A stretch of DNA of 64,000 nt from assembly GCA_013265495.1 (NCBI GenBank), contig MU057640.1, positions 1,745,303-1,809,302 of the forward strand, written 5' to 3'. The stretch is from Vicugna vicugna (Eukaryota). Under the pieces are notes generated by a model. That model ran no database searches. It saw only the letters and a list, made by a program, of their open reading frames with translations, and was not told the origin of the DNA. The translations under genes and the position numbers were made by a program. Below are positions 1-11,830 of the stretch, in pieces. Position 1 is the first letter of the stretch. Every line of letters begins with the position of its first letter.

Positions 1-1662
1 CTCAAAAAAAAAAAGTCCTGCAAGCCAAGTATAATTGGCCCTACTTTTTTGAATGAAGAAACTGAAGTGGAGGGAAATTAACAAACCTTCAGTTCTGACA
101 GCCCGAAGGTAAGGGTCAGTCTCAAGTTCCTTTTGTTGTCTATACCAAGTCACCTCCCCTGCAAAGGGATAATTAAGAATAGTATCAGAGGGCAAGTGAC
201 TGAGCCTTGAATTAGAGCTTTAACCCTCAGAGTGGGGCACAAAGACCCAGCTTTTTGTTTATGCTGTCCCCAGAGGGCGAAGCAGAGCCTGGCTAGCAGC
301 CAACCTGGCAATCTGACTTAAGTTAGCTATGGTTAGCATTCCTCCATCTCTGCCTGCACCCCTTCCTTCTTCTAGCGCTGGAAGTAAACATCCCCTCTGC
401 TTGGAGCATGCGGGTGAGGGTAAGAAAAGTCCTCACAATAGGTCTGCTGCTGTGCAGAGAATTCTAGAAGATGCAGATCTGGATGGTGGCATCCTGTGGG
501 GCCCCACAGTCCCACACCTCAAGTCCCTTCTGTGGCTGAGGTTGGGGAGTCGGTCATGTATCTGCTGTCAGCTCAGTACTCTGTTTAACCTTCTTCTTGG
601 TTAAGCACTCAGCCCAGAGAAATACCCTAACTCAGGGCTGTTCTTGGTTCCTTAAGGAAGTTTATCTGAACAAGGACAAGCTATGGCTCCCAGTCCCAAG
701 ACTATTATCATGTGGGGCTTGTTTGCCCACCCAGAAAGCAGAGAACAGTAAGAAAGGATTCACCAAAGAGCCCAAAGGCCCCAAGCAAAAATTTTGAAGG
801 TGCTCTCATTTCCTGGGCTCTGCCTGAGGACTGAGGTCAAGGGTTCAGCTGGCCTTTGCACCTGAGGATTGACAAGTTCCTCAGAACTGAGCCAGGGCTT
901 TCTTGATCAGATAAGAGATACTCTGGACCACCTACAGGATGGCGACTCCAGTGAGTGGCTCAGCTCCACGTTGTGGATGGAAGTAAGGGGGAGCAGGAGA
1001 GAGGTTAACACAAGTCTCTCAGCCAGTGCTCCAGCTGGTGCTGAAACGGCAAATGAAGAGAGAGAAAACTTGAGCAAGGGGTGAGGAGGATATAAGGCTA
1101 CACCCGGGAAATGTGGGCTTCTCCTTGGGATATGAGGAAAGCATCTAAACATTTTGGGGGAGCACCAGGTGGCAAAGGTTTCATCAGAGTTATGACTCAA
1201 TGAAATGGAGCATTGAGTTTTTATTAGTGTCAGATTTTATCTTAACAGTGTCATGAATGACTCTACACCTTTCTTTGTAGACTGTTTATCCACGGTTAGG
1301 AGGGTCACTTAACTTTTCAGTTGCACTCAACCGCTTTTTCAGGGAAATTTTGTGCCCTTGTGAAGCTAGTGTGCAGAATGTCAGGGGGCATTCACCCCAG
1401 GGCTGTACAGATGGGCACCCCTGACATCTTGTCCCTGGGGGCCTCACTGGTCTCACCCTAGACCTGGCCCTGGGGTCAAGCACGGTGCAGAGGTGAGGAC
1501 AGGAGCTCAGGTGTTGAATGAATAGAGGCAAAAACAAATGAAGTGTAGAAGGAGGGCACTCATTGAAAAATGCTAGCTACTGAATGTTTTCACAGTCTTT
1601 GAACACTTTGTTTCCCAGAAAGCTCATGTGGAGGTAGATGAATGGGAACTTTAGTGTTGTAG

Positions 1663-2020
1663 TTGTCTTAGTCAGCCCGGGCTGCTGTAACAAAATGCCA
1701 CAATCTGACACCTATTCCCCACAGTCCTGGAGGCCAGAAGTCCAAGATTGAGGTGCTGACTAGCTCTTGTCCTGGTGAGGGCCTTTTCCTGGCTTGTACA
1801 CGGCTGCCTTCCTGCTATGTCCTCACGTGGCAGAGAGAGTGAGCTCTGGTGTCTCTTCCTCTTCTTAGAAGGTCACCTGTTCTATTGTAGGGGCTCCACC
1901 CTCAGGACCTCAAATAAACCTAATCACCCCCCAAAGGCCTGTCCTCTGAACATCATTACATTGGAGGTTAGGGCTCCAACATAGGAATTGTGATGGGACA
2001 TAAACATTTAGACCATATTA
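1663..2020 (-). mobile_element. MaLR solo LTR, MLT1A-like
   Basis: tgtcttagtcagcccgggctgctgtaacaaaatgccac...ggaggccagaagtccaagattgaggtg...ttggaggttagggctccaacata, typical of reverse-strand MLT1A. Confidence 0.75.
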
Positions 2021-2072
2021 GTAGTGTATTAAAATGACATGGGTCCCTGCCTTCATATGAAAGTTTGATCAC

Positions 2073-2619
2073 TGAGGTAGATAGAATACCAAGATGACCC
2101 CCAAGATATCCACCCTCTAATGTGCACACTGTATAATCCCCTTCCTTGAGGTGGGTGGGCCTGATCTAATCAGGTGAGATCTTTAAGAGGGTCTAGAGGT
2201 CAGAGATGGAAGCAGTCAGAGAGATTGGAAGTGTGAGAGGGATTTTCCTGGGCCTTGAAGGAGCTAACAGCTATGTTGCAAGAGGGTCTATGAAGAGGGT
2301 CACATGGTGAGGAAATGTGGGAGGCTTCTAAGAGCTAAGAGCAGATCCCAGTGACAGCCAACAAGAAAACAGGAACCTCAGTCCTACAACCAAAAGTAAC
2401 TAAATTTTGTCTAAAGCTCTGTGAGCTCAGAAAAGGAGCCCATGCTTCAGATGAGGTCCCAGCCTGTGGATACCTTGATTTCACTTTATGAGACCCGGAG
2501 CAGAAAACCCAGACACATCATGACTGGACTTCTGATCTACAGAATGGTGTGATAATAAATTCATGTTGTATTACGGTAAGTTTACAGTAATTTGTTAGAC
2601 AGCCTAGAAAACCAATACA
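2073..2619 (+). mobile_element. MaLR solo LTR, MLT1E/F-like
   Basis: Starts tgaggtagatagaataccaagatgacccccaag and ends ...gacttctgatctacagaat...taatttgttagacagcctagaaaaccaataca. Confidence 0.75.
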
Positions 2620-3384
2620 ATCTCCTTTTTACCATAGATCAGCCCACATCTCTGGGTCCCTTTGTCTCATTAAAAACAGCTTCTATTTGGTTGTTGATTA
2701 CATTTTCCTTTATATTAATACACAACCTCCTTACTTTCTACATCTTTCTCTTATTTCCCTACTGTTTCTTTTGGGAATTTACATAGTAATTCAAATCTAC
2801 TGTGTACACATTGTTATTTTAATGCTATATAACACAGAAACTATATCATCTTTTCCCCAACCCCCACAAAGCATCTGCAGGGCACACTTCATTGTGAGGA
2901 CACTGCTTTCCTCCTTCCCAAACAATGTTCAAGGCTTCCAGAGCTTAACGTTACATCTATTACATAACAGCACCATGTAAACCCAAACAACCTGCTGCTG
3001 GGCTCTTAAATACAGCAACAGCAGAAATCTCTTCTGGGCTTGACGAAGAACCACTTCAAATGTCTCCTAATTTGAGCACTTTTCTGGTCTACAGAATAAA
3101 GTCTAAAAAATGGCTCTGCAGGTGAAGTGCACAGAAAACCCACCCCTCCCTCATCAGACACAGCGACACCGGGGTGGGCGGTGGGGAGGGTACAGCGGGC
3201 CTTCAGGTTGTTGGGATCTGCAGGCAGCCACTCAGGGAGAAGCGCCTCTGTGGGAACGGCTCTCAGGGGAGAGAAGGGAAAAGGCCCCAAAGTGGAGACC
3301 TTTGGGTTGGCACCACACTGATGGGACCCCGTGGCAGAGCTGGTCCTTCCCTCTGTTCCCTTTTCCGGGTGGTGGGACCGCTGG

Positions 3385-3858
3385 CAAGGGACTCTTGGTG
3401 GCACTAGGAGCCCATTCAGCCTGGCTTAAGACTAGGGAACTTCTTGGCCTGGGAATATGCTGAGTAGGCTGGGCTGCTCTCTTTGCCCTCCCTGTGTTTG
3501 TTCTATTCTCAGGCACCAGTTCCCCACACAGTGCCCCTCACCTCCCCGCTCCACCCCGAATCTCTGGGCTTGTCCCATGGGAAAAGGGTGCCTCTTTTCT
3601 TCTATTCCAGCCATCGACCCTGGGTTGACAGGTCAAGCTTGCGTCCCGTGACCTTCTCTCACATCATCACTGCAGCCAGGGAGATGGCACCCACTGTCTG
3701 CCAGGACGAGGGCACATGTCCACTTCTAGAGCAGGAGGACGAAGTCATCAGGGCTGGGGGTGGGGGAAAGGTAGGTCCCCAGAGGAAAACCAGGGTGCCA
3801 TTGTCAGAAGAGAGCAGACTGGACCCTGGGCAGGCCAGAATGACTGATGTCCTCCACA
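3385..3858 (-). mobile_element. MaLR LTR, MLT1K-like
   Basis: atcactgcagccagggagatg...ccccagaggaaaaccagggtgccattgtcagaagag...gggcaggccagaatgactgatgtcctccaca. Confidence 0.6.
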
Positions 3859-5559
3859 GTCTGACCTATCCTAACGCAGGATGTTTGGGAACAGCTGGGA
3901 CCCAGAGAGGCAATCGGGAGCAGGAGATCTCTCCCCACCTGTGTGCTTCCACTGAGCCACCCAGAATCCTGTATGTTCATCTATATGTGTGTATGCATTT
4001 CATCCAGGTCACCAGCCGAGAAGTAGAGTCAAAGTGTACATTTATAGCACATCCCTTCTGTGCCTTCGGCCTTCTAACCTCCTCTCTTGGCTACAAGGTG
4101 GTAGAAATGTCTGTGCCCCTGTACCTGTGCTCCTCTGAGAGTGGGCTGCTTTTCCTCGATACCTGGGAAATCTGGGGGCCATATGGGGACTTCACCCCGG
4201 AGACCTGGCCTGCCATGCATTGGAGTCTGGGTGCAGCAAGAAGCGGGAGGCGGGAGTAACCCTGTGTCTCAGGCCTTGGGGGGCCCACACCGGCCCTGGA
4301 GCTATTGCTTCGCTCCTTTGGCTCACGGGGTGGCTCTGTCCCCCTCAGATCCCGTCAAGTTCGCCACCTGGTAGGATTTTTCTGTACCCACTTCCAGTGG
4401 GTTCTCCCTGTGCATCTGTCAGGAATCCCATGACCTCTGCTTTCTGGATCAGAGCAAGGACAGGGCTCTCCTGAGTTGCTTCTAACTGAGCGATGGCCCC
4501 TGGCAGACAGAACAAATACTCATTGGCAGTTCAAGGTGTCCCCTCCATGCCCTTGAATACCTTGCATTTCTGCTTTTCCAGTGAGTCTTCTCTGTTCCAT
4601 CAAAGGGTTAAAGAAGTTTTGCTGGGGAAGGCAGGAGATCTTCCTTACACAGGACACATGTTTGGAAACTAGTCTCTTAGCAGTTAGGTGTGCTAGATGT
4701 AAAAAAAAAAAAAAGTGCCAATTAGTTTTGTCCAATTTTATTAGTGTCAGGGTCTACCATAAGACCACTCTCATGTATAACTGTACATCTTAAAATGTAT
4801 CCTAGGACTATCCTAGTTCATCCTGGGATTATCTATTTGATCAGTGACACTTCAATCATTAATTTTGTATGTAACATAAAGAATGTGATTAAACGATTCA
4901 TTCATGTACTAAACTTGTATTTATTGAATATCTTTAAAGTGTATGGTTGTGAGCCAAGGAATACAAAGAGATATTTAATTCTCCTCCAAAAGTTTACAAT
5001 CTACTAGATAAAATAAGTGCAGAGCACAAACGTGGCCAAGTATGGTTCTCTATCTGAATCAGTCTGTTTCTTTGAAAAGACAGTTTACTGCATGTTCACC
5101 TAACTCAGCTTGAGGGGTTTAGCTGAAATTAGTTAAGGTTTGGCTCGGTAGCTAGTATAAGAAGGGCCACTCAGAGGCTCTGAATACCAGGGAAGATTCT
5201 GGAGGTGGGGGAGAGAGCCATAGTATTGAAAGGAATCCTTTTGCTTCCGAGTGAATTTAAGAATCTTTTGGCCACTCTGAGAGAAGCTCTGTGAAACCCA
5301 GTGAAGAAAACGACTAACTCATTCTTGATTTTTTGGCTTTTAACCAGAGCAAGGTGTATGTGGAAACAAAGCAGAACATCAGATTATCAACGGCCCGTTA
5401 GCCATTTGGAGAACCCACTGGTCAACAGATTGTGTAAAAGAATGCATTAAAGGAGACTGGTCATGTTAGGTCAGAGTGAATAGTAAGGAGAAGGGACATG
5501 TGCTGGGCATCGCCAGGGTCTGCCAGAGTCACCATGGAGACAGTCTCTCAGTGAGTTGG

Positions 5560-5780
5560 CTCCCAAGCTTAAAAATCTCTGAGAAGGGCCCTGGTTGGTC
5601 TATCTTTGATCAGATGTCACCCTTGGACCAGTCTACTGGGGCCATGGGGGAAGGTTATGTGGCACAAAATGGCTGATGATTCTGTGGTAACCATGCTTGT
5701 GTGGGGAGGGTAACTATGTACCAACTAGGGGTGGGTGGGGTTGGGGAGGAGCTGGACAGACAAAAGCACGTGTTCAGTAT
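5560..5780 (-). mobile_element. Old MaLR LTR fragment (MLT1J-N group)
   Basis: ggttggtctatctttgatcagatgtcacccttggaccagtctactggggccatgggg resembles the MLT1 reverse-strand core. Confidence 0.45.
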
Positions 5781-6474
5781 CTCTGACTTGAGCTGGAGAG
5801 ATGTCAGTAGCTCAACTTTAATGTCCTGCCACTCGGCATTGAGTTACTCTTGTTCTTTCTGTGACTTGGATGTGAAGCGCCAGTTCTAAAAAGTAAGCCA
5901 TCGATGAGAAAGCAAGTCCCCACCCAGGTTGTTGGAACTGACCCTGGGTCTTCATCACACCCCCTTCAGAAACCTGCCACCTCCTGCCCTTCCGACGGGA
6001 TCACAGGGTGAAAGAGGGCCGTGAGTGAAGCTTGTCCGCAGACTGACAGTGTGAACCACTTCTTAGACTGCTGACATCCCCCGCTAAGAGGATGTGAAAA
6101 GACAGTCCAGCACCCATGCTGTTTCCAGGACTCCTGGGGAGAACTTCTGAGACAGAAGCCAAACCACAACAGTAAAGTGGTGGCATCAGGAAAGGTTTCT
6201 CCTACTCTCTAGAGGGTGAAGAAATCATCAAAACTTCCAGTTTTTAAAATTCCAATATGAGGAGACAATGCTCTCCGAGTCCCTGATCTTGAGAAGGAGT
6301 CACTAGACAAGTAAACAAATAAACAGCAAAGAAACCCCTAACCCTCAAAAGGAAGGAGTGGTAGAGAGAGTGCTTAGCACTAGACATTTCTTCGTTCTTT
6401 CCATTCTGGGTATAGACGGTCGATAGCCAGGTTTTGGTGGATGCAACATGGCACCGTAGGAAGATGGGTCTTGA

Positions 6475-6675
6475 AGGTGACAAATCTGAGCAGGATCCCA
6501 GCTGGCTCTTTCTTAGCTGTATGACCTTGGATAATTTATATAACTTCTGAAGCTTTCATTTCCTTATCTAGAAATGGGACATAACAGAATCCGTCTGGTA
6601 TGAAAAGTTAAATGAAAGAATGCATGCCGGCCCTTAGCTAGCTCACTGCTTGGCACACAGAAGAACCTAAGGAAG
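6475..6675 (+). mobile_element. MIR SINE
   Basis: Core cttagctgtatgaccttggataatttatataacttctgaagctttcatttccttatctagaaatggga...tgcttggcacacag. Confidence 0.75.
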
Positions 6676-7859
6676 ACAAATGTTTTGTGAAAGGGTAGAA
6701 GGTAGAACAGGATGAAAGCAGGCATTTAGGAAGGGGCCACAACTGGGCCAAAGCCACTGACAGCAAGCTCCCTGACGTTCTGGCTTTGTCCTGCTGGTCC
6801 TTGAATCCCCCACAGCAAGCACAGGACTTACAGAGTGAGTACTCAGGAAATGTTTGCATGGAGCCCTAGCGGGACCCTGGTGGGGAAGAGGTTTGCAGAA
6901 GGGGAAGGAAGGCAGGTGAGAAAAGACAGAGGCAGGAGTAAGGCAGTGGTCAGGGATGAAGGACACCCAGACTGACAAAGCCTAAATGATGGAGAGTCCA
7001 GATCATAAATTCTAACTGCCCTGTCTTTAGAGTCCCCATAAAATTAATGGACTTGTGATGGAATCGTTTCAAAAGTGTTTTGGAAGCCAGATGGGAAGCT
7101 TACGTTCATTGTGTTCATTGCAAACTCAGGTGAAAATAATGAGTGCATTTCCTGCCTGCAGGAGAGGGTTCTGGCCCAGGCATCCTCCAACTCTGTCCAT
7201 CGTCACTAAGATGGACCCTTCCCATCCTCTCTGCAGACGCCTTTTGGAGATGCTGCTTTGCTCTAGGAGGCTGTCCTGGGCAGCTGGAGAGCTGGATGGG
7301 GGGTGGAGTGGGGGGGGTGGGAGGGAATGGGGGGGCAGCCCTGCAAAGCAGAAAGCGGGGCAGGGAAAACTAGTTGTTCCAGCCTCACAACAAAATACAT
7401 CCCACATCTCCTACTGGAGGCTAACTCAGCACCAAAAGCCAACCAAGTTCTCGGGCTGAGTGTCTAGGGGGCTTTTATGTGTTAGGTGCCCATGAAAGTT
7501 GTCGGAAAACTGTACACTGCTGTGCAAATACAGAGATTTGTTAGTTAATACTGTGGAGTGGAAAAAAAAACAGACCAAGAGACCTGACACAGTCCTTCTC
7601 TGCTTTGCAACTCTCCCTGTATCAGATGGACCCATTAACCTCTTTAGACCTGAGTTTTTTGTCTGCAGAACAAGGATAGCTTCCCTGACCCCACTAGTGC
7701 CCCAAGCCACAGAGCCCAGATTTTTATACGACATGTATTTTACCCTATATGGTATGAGTTTTTTTTTTTTTTTGATATGTCAGTTAATTGTTTGTACAAT
7801 TCTTCACTCGGCAGATTACAAGCTCCCTGAAGGCAGGGATTGGTGGGAAACCTTAGTCA

Positions 7860-8015
7860 ACAGTTATTCATGGTCAAGCATTCACTTAAGAAGCATTGAC
7901 GGAGCTCACTGGGCACTGGGCTAAACGCTACAAAGGAGTGAGCAGCTCAGTAACATCCCTGCCCTCTGAGCGTGTTTTCTTCTGGTGGAGAAAATGGATG
8001 TTAAGGGCAAAACAT
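7860..8015 (-). mobile_element. L2 3' end fragment
   Basis: cattcacttaagaagcattgacggagctcactgggcactgggctaaacgct...atccctgccctctgagcgtgttttcttctggtggaga. Confidence 0.5.
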
Positions 8016-8200
8016 AACATAAACAAGGAAAACAGAGGCAGGGTTCCCGCACAATTCCAGGGGGCAAGTTCACAGAGAACACAGTGTGACTGGTGCTCAC
8101 CGGGGTGCCAGGGGCAGCGGCCCTGGTGTCATGACATTCCCAGCGTCTGGCCCTATGCCTGATGCGTGGTAAGTAGGCTGTAAAGATTTGTTAAAGGAAA

Positions 8201-8346
8201 GGGGGAGGGTATAGCTCAAGTGGCAGAGTGCATGCTTAGCATATACACAAGGTCCTGGGTTCAAGTCCCAGTACTCCCTCTAAAAATAAGTAAGTAAACC
8301 TAATTACCTCCCCCCCAAAATAAATTAAAAATTTAAAATAAAATAC
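8201..8346 (+). mobile_element. Camelid tRNA-Ala-derived SINE (Vic-1-like), long-tail form
   Basis: ggggagggtatagctcaagtggcagag (A box)...gggttcaagtccc (B box), tail taagtaaacctaattacctcccc plus A-rich end. Flanking direct repeat agatttgttaaag at 8184-8196 and 8347-8359. Confidence 0.85.
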
Positions 8347-8429
8347 AGATTTGTTAAAGAGCAAGTAAACAGATAAATAAGGGGTCTTCCTCAGTGTGGT
8401 AACAGCTTTTAATGTCTGACTGCATCCAT

Positions 8430-8752
8430 TTTTCTCTCCTTTCTGCACATACTTCCTGGCCCCTTGTAGAGCCATGTGACTAATTCTGCCCAGTGAGATG
8501 CCAGCAGAAGTGCCAGGATTCACTTCTGAGGGGGGTGTGCCTGACCCACCCAGCTATTTCTTTTCCTCCTACGGTGACTAGTGACCACGGTGGCTCTAAG
8601 GTAATGGATTCTATCTCCCTGAGCCCCTGAGTGATTTAGTGGAGTGGAGCGCAGCAGAGAAGGCTTTGTAAGATAAGCCTTTGTCATGTTAAGCCACTGA
8701 GACTTTGGGGTTGTTTGATTCTCTGGCACAGACTAACCTATCCTGGCTGATG
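8430..8752 (+). mobile_element. MaLR LTR fragment, MLT1I/J-like
   Basis: catacttcctggccccttgtagagccatgtgactaattctgcccagtgagatg...gttaagccactgagactttggggttgttt. Confidence 0.6.
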
Positions 8753-8818
8753 CTCACACTTTCCTGTTGGGTTAGGAGGCTGTTTATTGGACCCAGCACA
8801 GGGTGATTGGTAAGTGTC

Positions 8819-9002
8819 AAAAAAAGGAGGAGGAGGAGAAGGAGAAGAAGAGGAAAGAAGAGGAGGAAAGAAGAAGAGGAAAGAAGAGGAGGAGGAAGAG
8901 GAAGAGTAAGAGGAAGAAGAGGAAGAGGAAGAAGAAGAAAGAAGAAGAAGAAGTAGAAGAAGAAGAAGGAGGAGGAGGAGGAGGAGAAGGAGAAGAAAGA
9001 AA
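8819..9002. repeat. Homopurine (GAA/GAG) low-complexity tract
   Basis: About 184 nt of A/G with only two T interruptions; explains the poly-L/S and poly-K/E ORFs. Confidence 0.95.
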
Positions 9003-9433
9003 CTGACAGACAAAGGAGAAATGTACATTGATTAATAAATGTTATCAGTGCCCCTTTTCCCTCTGCTGGGATTCCTCAGCTTTTAGGAAACACACTCTGT
9101 GGGCCCAAGGCCTTGGCCACAATTACTGGATTGTTCATTTCCAATGGGTGGGTTTCCTTTGACCCCCAAGGTCCTCTCTGTAGTAGGTGAGGTAATGCTG
9201 CCCTATCCACCTAGAGAAAAACACACCAGCTTCTTTCCATGTGATGCAAACGGTCTGGAGGAAGGACATGATCGAGGAAAACTCCAGGTCCCCAGAGTTG
9301 AAGCATTTGGAATCTTTGCCTACCCAAGCGCCCCAACGTGGCTCACACAAAATACAGAGACACCTGCAGCAGGTCTGTGAGCGCAGACAGGTGTGGACTC
9401 CATCCCCACTGCTACAGGTCCACTTCCCTGGAC

Positions 9434-9622
9434 CAGAGGTTCTCAAACTCCAACATGTATCTCAGTCACCTGGAGGACTTGTTCAGACACCACCTGTCAG
9501 CCCCCATTCCCAGAGTTTGCAACCCAGTGCTCTGGGATGGGGCCCGAAGATTTGCATTTCTATCAAACTCGACAGTGACGCTGATGCTGCTGGTCCAGAG
9601 ACTAGACTTTGAAAAACCCTTA
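9434..9622 (+). mobile_element. MER5A (hAT-Charlie MITE), full length
   Basis: 189 nt from cagaggttctcaaact to actttgaaaaaccctta. Flanking 8-mers ccctggac (9426-9433) and ccttggac (9623-9630) match at 7/8, as expected for a hAT TSD. Confidence 0.85.
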
Positions 9623-10719
9623 CCTTGGACAGATGTTCTGTCTCTACAAGTCAAGAATGAAACCCACACCTTCGAGATTAGCACTATAACCCGCTATCAG
9701 CCTTAATGATATAGAATGAACTTGTTTGTTTTTGGCTTTTTTTTTTTTTTTTTTGGATTACCCAGATAAGAAAGATGGAGGAAAAGTAAGTTTCAGGGAG
9801 GAGAAAGCCTGGGAAAGAATCTAATTTGAGGACTGTTGTACACAGGGCAGGGCTGATGATGCCACAAAGGAAGGTCCTGGGATGAGAGCCAGAGGGAACC
9901 TGGGTGCTGAAGTGGCCAGGGAATGAGTGGCCTGGGTAGTGAAAAGAGCACTGGACTTGGAGTCCGAAAACCTGAGTTCTCTCCCGGAAAGCCTTGCAGC
10001 TGCTGGCAATCACCAAGAAAGCCACTCTGAAGTCAGTCAAAGCAGACCTAACAGCTCTCGTGGGTAGAGTCTGCCAGGTTTCTGGGTGGGTAAGCCCAGT
10101 CCAGGGCCCTATGCCCAGTGCATTATTTGTACTGGGCGTGAGACCCAGGGCAGGAAGCCACCGGGCCCTGCAAAGCACTCTGGCATCTTCCTGCTGATTA
10201 CCCATGCTCCCGGCAGAGTTGTGCTGTGCCAAGGGTTAGCGTGGGTGGCCATGACTCACCCAGCCTCATGGGGAAGCAGATGCTGCCACGGAAACAAGCT
10301 AAATCAATCCCTGGTCCCTGGAGGGGCAGAGAACAAGCTGCCTGCTCCTGGTGAGCCGGGGCTGCTCTGACTGTGTTCTAGGTTCAGACACCAAATCGGT
10401 GAGCACAGCCCGAGCTGCGCTGGTCACGGAGCTGGCCCAGGAGCGAGGATGGGATCAGAAGCAACAGAAGCTAGGGCAGCGACTAGAGCACACGCCCAGG
10501 GCGGACAGGAGCCTGTCTCTGACGGTGGGGAGTGGGGAGGACACTGTGCCGTGGGGCACTGGGTGGCCCAGATCATGCAGATCCTGCTCCTAAAACCTGT
10601 GGGATACCTGTGCTTATTGGTGGGGTGGGGAGAGATGCGAACTTCACCCTTGACTCTCTTCCTGCTCTCTGACTTGGAAAGACCTAATTCCCATGAAGTT
10701 GCTCCCTTGCCAGATGATA

Positions 10720-10840
10720 TGACTACAAATACCCCACCAAGAAGAAGAGGAAACTGAGGCCAATGACCTAAGCCAAGTCCCACAGCTTTCAGGGGCGGAG
10801 TCAGGCTGGGCTCCTGAGAGCCTGAGCACTGGTCCCTCAT
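10720..10840 (-). mobile_element. MIR fragment
   Basis: gaagaggaaactgaggccaatgacctaagccaagtcccacagct. Confidence 0.55.
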
Positions 10841-11469
10841 TATTGTCCGCTGGACACTGCCTCCCAAGGAAACAGTCTGAGGAGCCTCGGGGAATTTGCT
10901 TCACCTTGAATATCTGCTCTATGGCTCTGCTTTTCCCAAGAGCCACGGTGAGCCTTTAGCCAGCTTTCCCCACCTGCATCAACTCCTAAGCCAGGCGATC
11001 AGTTTTCACCGGCTCCACCAACCAGACAGTGGAAATTCCACAAGTTTCCAGGTTGGCCCAACATCCGATCATGACAGTGTGGGAACAGAGCCAGAAGTGG
11101 CCTCCTGGGTTTTCAGACCAGCCCTCCCTGGGCTGGGTGAACCTCTACCCTCACCAGTCCCAGCTGGTGATTCTCAGGCCATTTCCCCGGCTGTCCCCTC
11201 TGTCTATTTCCAGGAGAGGCTCAGAATTCACTGTGGTGGCTTGTGCACATTTTCACGCCCGGGGGTCCCTCAGTCCTGTGCAGCATCTCCCCCAGCCCCA
11301 CTGCAGCCACTTCAGACCTTCCCCGTCCTGGATCCCCTCCCCTGCAGAGGGTGCTGTGAGGGCCCCCTACCCCCAACACTTCCGTTTCATGGGTGGGATG
11401 AAGGCTACAGGGTGGGTCCCAATCTCCTTCCTGCCTTCCTTCTCCCATGTCCGGTTTCAGGACAATCTC

Positions 11470-11830
11470 TTCTGCATTCAGGATCCCTTCCTCCACCCTT
11501 GCTGTGTCTTTGATCCATTAATTATCTCCTTTCTCCTAATTGTTCAACTTTTGCTGTTCTGTGAGCTCCTCCCCCTCAGTCTATAAATTCATTTTGGTCT
11601 CTCCCACATAAAAAACAACTAAATCAAACATGTGTTCTGCACTGGTTCCTCTCCTCCCCTAACTGCAAAGCTTCCTCTCAGAGCACCCTGCATTTTTTCT
11701 CTCTCCCCCCTCACCTCCCAGGGGGTCCAAACCTCTCTGTGCTGCCCGGCATCTCTGCTCTTCCTCCTCAGCCCAGCTCAACTCCCTTGCCAGTGTCCAC
11801 CCTGGACACATCAATATCAGATGTTCCCAA
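11470..11830 (+). mobile_element. L2 internal (ORF2 region) fragment
   Basis: Pyrimidine-rich ggatcccttcctcc...ttatctcctttctcctaattgttcaactttt...tctcccacataaaaaac...actgcaaagcttcctc, characteristic of L2. Confidence 0.5.

Noticed and set aside
3483..4259. Longest ORF in the track (258 aa)
   Set aside because: Starts at a non-ATG codon, its first half overlaps an MLT1K-like LTR, and it has no recognisable domain; consistent with a chance ORF in GC-rich DNA.
8738..9028. Poly-Leu/Ser and poly-Lys/Glu ORFs
   Set aside because: These are translations of the GAA/GAG simple repeat.
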